From Candidatus Dormiibacterota bacterium (GTDB taxonomy: Bacteria > Chloroflexota > Dormibacteria > Aeolococcales > Aeolococcaceae), in NCBI GenBank assembly GCA_963850385.1, contig CAWKKS010000001.1, positions 435,001 to 499,000 of the forward strand: a stretch of DNA of 64,000 nucleotides, written 5' to 3'. The stretch's first letter is position 1; every line of letters begins with the position of its first letter. Positions 59,472 to 64,000 of the stretch are shown here, one piece after another. Below the pieces are notes generated by a model. It searched no databases. It was not told the DNA's origin and saw only the letters and a list, made by a program, of their open reading frames with translations. The translations under genes were made by a program, and so were the position numbers.

Positions 59472-61205
59472 TTGAGCGTCGTCTCCCGGGCTCGCCGCAT
59501 CGCCCCGCGAACGCGAGCGAGCTCCGCGGCGGCGGCAGAGGTGGGCTCGGACCTGAGCACGCCGCTGGACCTGTCGCAGGCGGTTCGGCTGCTCACCGGG
59601 TTGTCCATGATCGGGTGGTCGATCCTCTGGTGGATCGAGGACACGACATCCCTGACCGGGCCGGTGATGACCTTCGTGTCGCTGGTCGGGGGACTGACCC
59701 TGATCGGGGTGAGCGTGACACCCCGCTCCCCGGCGTCGTGGAAGAAGGTCGACCGCTGGATCATGGTCTTCGCACTCGTGGTCACCGGCATGTGGCTTGC
59801 CGGGCGCTCGTCACAGCACATCTACCAGACGGACGAGATCACCACGGGGCAGGCGTCGGCCGCCGTGCTCCTGGCCGGGCATGACCCGTACTCGACGGAC
59901 CTGACGCACGAGCTGGGTCGGTTCGCTCTGCCGCCGGAGGTGTCGACCCCGCTGCTCGGTGGCGGCACCATCCATTCGACCAGTTACCCGGCTCTGTCCT
60001 TCCTTCTGTACGTCCCGTTCGGCGCGCTGCTCGGCGTCGGTTCCCCCTTCGCCCTTGTGGCAGACGGGCTCTGCTGGATCGTGCTGATGATCCTGCTCTG
60101 GCGCTTGCTCGATGCCCGACTGCGCCCGATCGTCCCCCTGATCGCGAGCTTCCCCTTCTATGTGAGCTTCGTCGACGGTGGTGTCACCGACGTCATGTAC
60201 CTTCCCTTCCTGGTCCTCGCCCTGCATCGCTGGGACCGCTTCCTCGATGTCGACGAGAGCCGCCTGCGTCGATGGGTCGGGCCCGTCTGCCTCGGACTCG
60301 CCTGCAGCGTGAAGCCCACCCCGTGGCTGATGGCGCCATTCCTGGTGGCGGCGGTGACGGTCGAGCTGGCACGGCGCGGACGCAGCCCATGGCGCGGAGC
60401 CGCCCGGTACTCAGCCATCGCGGTCGGCGCCTTCCTCGTGGTCAACGGGCCATTCATCGTCATGGACCCCGCAGCGTGGGTGCATGGCACGCTCCTGCCG
60501 CTGCTGTCACCGCTGGTGCCGTTCGGACAGGGCATCGCGATGCTCCCCGTCTACCTGCACGTCGCCGGTGGCCATGTCGGCTACCTCGGGATCGCCGGCC
60601 TCGCCGCCGTGGTGGCCAGCCTCGGCGCGTTCGTCGGGTTCTACCCGCGCACCGCACGGCTGCTGCCGCTGATGGCCGCGGCGCCCCTTCTCCTCTCGTC
60701 GCGATCGCTGTTCAACTACTTCCTCTACGTCGCCATCCTGGTGCTTGTCCACGCCGTCAACGTCCCCTACAGCCGGCGCACCGCCCATCGAGGTCACCGA
60801 TTCTTCGCGTGGGGTGGGAAGACGGTGCTCGGCGCGGGCATGGCGCTTGCCACCGCGGCGACCGTTGCCTTCCTGGCGAGTCCTGCGCCCCTGCAATTGA
60901 CCGTCATCGCCCAGAGTGGGTCAGGCTTCCCGGGGACTGCCACCCCCACCCTCACGGTGGCCGCCGTCAACCTGAGCGACCGTGCGGTGAAGCCGGTCTT
61001 CCTGGTGACCGCCGGTGGCTGGATGAACCCCGCCTTCCGCGTCGCGCAGGGGCCCGCGATCCTGGAGGCGCACGCGCACGCCACCTACGTGCTGGTGAGC
61101 ACCGACTCGAGGACGCGGTTTGACACCGGTACCCGATACCTCGTCGACGCGCTCGGATCGAACCCGGGCTCGGTCAGCACCTCGCAGTGGGTCACCACCC
61201 CCTGA
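59472..61205 (+). CDS. polytopic membrane protein (possible glycosyltransferase / DUF2029-like) with a C-terminal extracytoplasmic domain
   Basis: TTG/alternative start uncertain; multiple TM helices; C-terminal ~120-aa soluble domain. Confidence 0.5.
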   Translation: MSVVSRARRIAPRTRASSAAAAEVGSDLSTPLDLSQAVRLLTGLSMIGWSILWWIEDTTSLTGPVMTFVSLVGGLTLIGVSVTPRSPASWKKVDRWIMVFALVVTGMWLAGRSSQHIYQTDEITTGQASAAVLLAGHDPYSTDLTHELGRFALPPEVSTPLLGGGTIHSTSYPALSFLLYVPFGALLGVGSPFALVADGLCWIVLMILLWRLLDARLRPIVPLIASFPFYVSFVDGGVTDVMYLPFLVLALHRWDRFLDVDESRLRRWVGPVCLGLACSVKPTPWLMAPFLVAAVTVELARRGRSPWRGAARYSAIAVGAFLVVNGPFIVMDPAAWVHGTLLPLLSPLVPFGQGIAMLPVYLHVAGGHVGYLGIAGLAAVVASLGAFVGFYPRTARLLPLMAAAPLLLSSRSLFNYFLYVAILVLVHAVNVPYSRRTAHRGHRFFAWGGKTVLGAGMALATAATVAFLASPAPLQLTVIAQSGSGFPGTATPTLTVAAVNLSDRAVKPVFLVTAGGWMNPAFRVAQGPAILEAHAHATYVLVSTDSRTRFDTGTRYLVDALGSNPGSVSTSQWVTTP

Positions 61206-61259
61206 GCTCCGCTCCCCGATCGCCTCGCCGCCCGGCGTCTGCGAGAATGACTTCCTGAC

Positions 61260-62201
61260 GTGAACGAGGAGACCAGGGTGGCCACGAGCAACGGCACCAC
61301 GCACCAGGAGCACGCCGGTCACCGCACCGGTGGCCTGCGAGTCAAGCGCGGCCTCGCAGAGATGCTCAAGGGCGGCGTGATCATGGACGTCGTCACCGCC
61401 GACCAGGCCCGGGTGGCCGAGGAGGCCGGGGCGGTCGCCGTCATGGCGCTGGAGCGTGTGCCGTCCGACATCCGCCGCGACGGCGGCGTCGCCAGGATGA
61501 GCGCCGTCAACCTGGTCACCGAGATCAAGCAGGCCGTGACCATCCCGGTGATGGCCAAGGCGCGCATCGGCCATTTCGTCGAGGCGCAGGTGCTCGAGGC
61601 CCTGGGGATCGATTACGTCGACGAGTCCGAGGTGCTCACCCCCGCTGATGAGGAGCACCACATCGACAAATGGGCGTTCACGATCCCGTTTGTGTGCGGC
61701 GCGCGCGACCTCGGTGAGGCGCTCCGCCGCATCGGCGAGGGTGCTGCGATGATCCGCACCAAGGGCGAAGCCGGCACCGGCAACGTGGTGGAGGCGGTGC
61801 GCCACATGCGGGCTGTCCGGGGCGGCATCCGGCGTATCCAGGGACTGCGCCGCGACGAGCTCATGGCAGAGGCGAAACGGCTGCAGGCGCCCTACGAACT
61901 GATCGTGGAGATCGCGGAGACAGGCAAGCTCCCGGTGGTCAACTTCTCGGCCGGAGGTATCGCCACCCCTGCTGATGCCGCGCTGATGATGCAACTCGGC
62001 GCCGAGGGCAACTTCGTCGGCAGCGGCATCTTCAAGAGCGACGATCCGCTCAACTACGCCAAGGCGATCGTCGCCGCGACCACGTATTTCGACAAGCCCG
62101 AGGTGATCGCCGAGGTCAGCGCCGGGCTCGGTGCCGCAATGCGCGGGCTGGACGTGGCCAGCATGCCCCGCGAGGAGCTGCTCTCCACGCGCGGCTGGTA
62201 G
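61260..62201 (+). CDS. pdxS: pyridoxal 5'-phosphate synthase, lyase subunit
   Basis: GTG start; '[10 protein letters not shown]…[20 protein letters not shown]…[12 protein letters not shown]…' PdxS signature. Confidence 0.9.
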   Translation: MNEETRVATSNGTTHQEHAGHRTGGLRVKRGLAEMLKGGVIMDVVTADQARVAEEAGAVAVMALERVPSDIRRDGGVARMSAVNLVTEIKQAVTIPVMAKARIGHFVEAQVLEALGIDYVDESEVLTPADEEHHIDKWAFTIPFVCGARDLGEALRRIGEGAAMIRTKGEAGTGNVVEAVRHMRAVRGGIRRIQGLRRDELMAEAKRLQAPYELIVEIAETGKLPVVNFSAGGIATPADAALMMQLGAEGNFVGSGIFKSDDPLNYAKAIVAATTYFDKPEVIAEVSAGLGAAMRGLDVASMPREELLSTRGW

Positions 62202-62292
62202 AGATGACGGTCGGATCCAGGGGGTACACTCGTGGTGTGCTCCTGACGCTCGAGCTTGGCGCAGGGCGGGGCCGCCGCGTCCGCTGGGACGG

Positions 62293-62898
62293 CTGACGAT
62301 CAGCACCGTCGGTGTCCTTGCCCTCCAGGGCGATGTCCGTGAACACCTCGCTGCCTTCGGCCGCTGCGGTGCCCGCGCCGTCCCGGTCCGCCTCGCCGCC
62401 GAGCTTGCCGCCGTGGACGCACTGGCCATCCCGGGCGGCGAGTCCACCACCATCAGCAAGCTGCTGCGCGCATTCGGGCTCGAGGAGCCGCTGCGTCATC
62501 GCCTGACGGAGGGCCTGCCAACCCTGGCCACCTGTGCCGGGCTCATCCTGCTGAGCCGACTGATCGTCGACGGCCGTCCCGACCAGGTCGTCACCGGCAC
62601 CCTTGACGTGGCCGTTCGCCGCAACGCCTGGGGCAGCCAGGTCGAGTCCTTCGAATCGGATGTGAAGATCGACGTGCTCGGTGATCTCCCGTTTCGCGCC
62701 GTGTTCATCCGCGCCCCCCGCATCGAGGAGGTCGGGGCGGGGGTCGAGGTGCTCGCCAGGCTGGACGGCGAACCGATCGCGGTACGCCAGGGATCGCACG
62801 TGGGGCTCACCTTCCACCCCGAGCTGACCGGGGACGACCGCATTCATCGCCTCTTCCTTGACCGCGTCGAAACCGCCCGCGACGAGAGCGCCGCATGA
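62293..62898 (+). CDS. pdxT: pyridoxal 5'-phosphate synthase, glutaminase subunit (no canonical start codon at the conserved N-terminus)
   Basis: '(L)[18 protein letters not shown]…IPGGESTT…TCAGLILL…AFGSQ…FHPEL' PdxT motifs. The only codon at the expected start is CTG (62293). Confidence 0.75.
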   Translation: MTISTVGVLALQGDVREHLAAFGRCGARAVPVRLAAELAAVDALAIPGGESTTISKLLRAFGLEEPLRHRLTEGLPTLATCAGLILLSRLIVDGRPDQVVTGTLDVAVRRNAWGSQVESFESDVKIDVLGDLPFRAVFIRAPRIEEVGAGVEVLARLDGEPIAVRQGSHVGLTFHPELTGDDRIHRLFLDRVETARDESAA

Positions 62899-63965
62899 AC
62901 GTGCGCTCCGCGTCCTTCCGTGACCTGGCGCGGGTCGAGCAGCTCTACCGCGAGGCCCTGGCGAGCGACGAGGGCGGCCCGGGCCCGCATCCCGACAGCC
63001 CCGTCCCCGAGGCGACCCTCCTGCGCCTCTGGTACGCGCTCAGCAAGACGCTGTCATCGCTCGTCCCATTGAGCGACACCGGCGGGGTGCTGTTCGTCGC
63101 CGAGGACGATTCCAAGGGAGTGGTGGGCTTCATCCAGGCGCAGGTGACGTCGACGCGGCCATCTGTCTGGCAGATCGTCAACCTCTGCGTGGCCTCGACC
63201 GCGTCCGGCCACTTCGCCCGCGAACGTCTGCTCACCCACCTCTGCAACCGCGGCAGTGAACAGGGTGTGCACCGTTTCCACGTGCGGTTGCCTCTTGACC
63301 ACCCGCTCGTCGGCGTCTTCCTCGAGCAGGGGTTCATCCAGTTCGCGACCGAGCAGATCCTCTTCCGGGACAACCCTGAACACATCCCGGCGGGCGACTC
63401 TCCGCGCCTCGACGTTCGCCCCGCCCGTCGTGAGGACGCCGGCGCCATCCACCTCCTCTACCGCCGGGTGACGCCCAGCCACATCGCCGGCTTCGAGGGC
63501 GCCTCGCTGAAGACCTGGCAGGCGTCGTTCGCAGAGGGTAGCGTCGCCCGCATCGGGCGCGACGAGGTCAGGCACTTCATCGCTGAACGTCCGGGTGTGG
63601 TGGGTTGGGCGGCGATCCGGCCGGCCGCCGCCGGCCGGCCGAGCATCCTCTCGCTGATGTGCGAGGCGCATGACCCCAACGTGCGTGAGGGCTTCCTCGA
63701 CGCAGTGCTGGCCGAGCTCCCGGCGCAACCGGTGTCGTGCGTCCTGCGCCACTACAACTCAGAGCTGATCCGCTCGCTGCAGCAGCGCGGCTTCGCCGTG
63801 TACGGCACCCAACTGCTGCTGGTGCGCGACCTCGGCGTCAAGGTGCGCATCCGGGCGACTGCCAAGCAGAGCAAGCAGGTTCTCGCCCACGTGGGGGTTG
63901 CCGGGTCCCACGTCTCCGCGCCGTCCCTGACCGTCCTTCATCCACCAGAGAGGAGAGAGAGATAG
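62895..63965 (+). CDS. tandem-GNAT-domain acetyltransferase-like protein
   Basis: ATG overlaps the pdxT stop (ATGA); two GNAT-like halves. Confidence 0.55.
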   Translation: MNVRSASFRDLARVEQLYREALASDEGGPGPHPDSPVPEATLLRLWYALSKTLSSLVPLSDTGGVLFVAEDDSKGVVGFIQAQVTSTRPSVWQIVNLCVASTASGHFARERLLTHLCNRGSEQGVHRFHVRLPLDHPLVGVFLEQGFIQFATEQILFRDNPEHIPAGDSPRLDVRPARREDAGAIHLLYRRVTPSHIAGFEGASLKTWQASFAEGSVARIGRDEVRHFIAERPGVVGWAAIRPAAAGRPSILSLMCEAHDPNVREGFLDAVLAELPAQPVSCVLRHYNSELIRSLQQRGFAVYGTQLLLVRDLGVKVRIRATAKQSKQVLAHVGVAGSHVSAPSLTVLHPPERRER

Positions 63966-64000
63966 TCGCCGAGATGATGCCTTACGGTTCGTCGTGGCAG

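Overview
High-GC (~70%+) chromosomal segment that looks actinobacterial: the gene content includes a mycothiol-type cysteine ligase, a mycothiol-dependent isomerase, MoxR–DUF58–transglutaminase and a TetR. About 70 genes are called, most of them tightly packed housekeeping or accessory genes: argS (partial), galU, coaE, clpB, queF plus a queuosine-precursor transporter, DAHP synthase, pdxS/pdxT, a LigD polymerase-domain gene, two tRNAs (Asp-GUC on + at 25898..25976, Pro-CGG on − at 56154..56231), hydrolases, transporters and regulators. Three regions stand out. (i) 40.0–48.4 kb is a translationally coupled Tad/Flp-type (type IVc) secretion/pilus operon: CpaB, a Walker-A-degenerate TadZ, the TadA/CpaF ATPase, TadB, TadC, and a second ParA-like CpaE with a ~280-aa N-terminal extension. 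No pilin or prepilin peptidase is recognisable in cis. (ii) 50.5–56.0 kb encodes two large secreted proteins built from an unfamiliar ~45–50-aa tandem repeat (…LDGFGG-H-FG-AP…YW-GWDIAR…). One carries a C-terminal C39-like cysteine-peptidase domain; the other carries N-terminal FG-GAP-like and Fn3-like domains. A coupled lipoprotein follows them. (iii) 17.2–21.7 kb is a minus-strand operon encoding a GNAT, an SRPBCC protein, a sigma-70-family protein that lacks region 4, two receiver-like proteins (one degenerate) and a histidine-kinase-like ATPase. Three ORFs appear frameshifted, each at a short G-run, which suggests homopolymer indel errors or real pseudogenes. pdxT has no canonical start codon. 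A near-consensus, AT-rich sigma70-type promoter sits upstream of a MarR gene. CRISPR arrays, integrases and rRNA genes were looked for and not found; long antisense ORFs typical of high-GC DNA were discounted.
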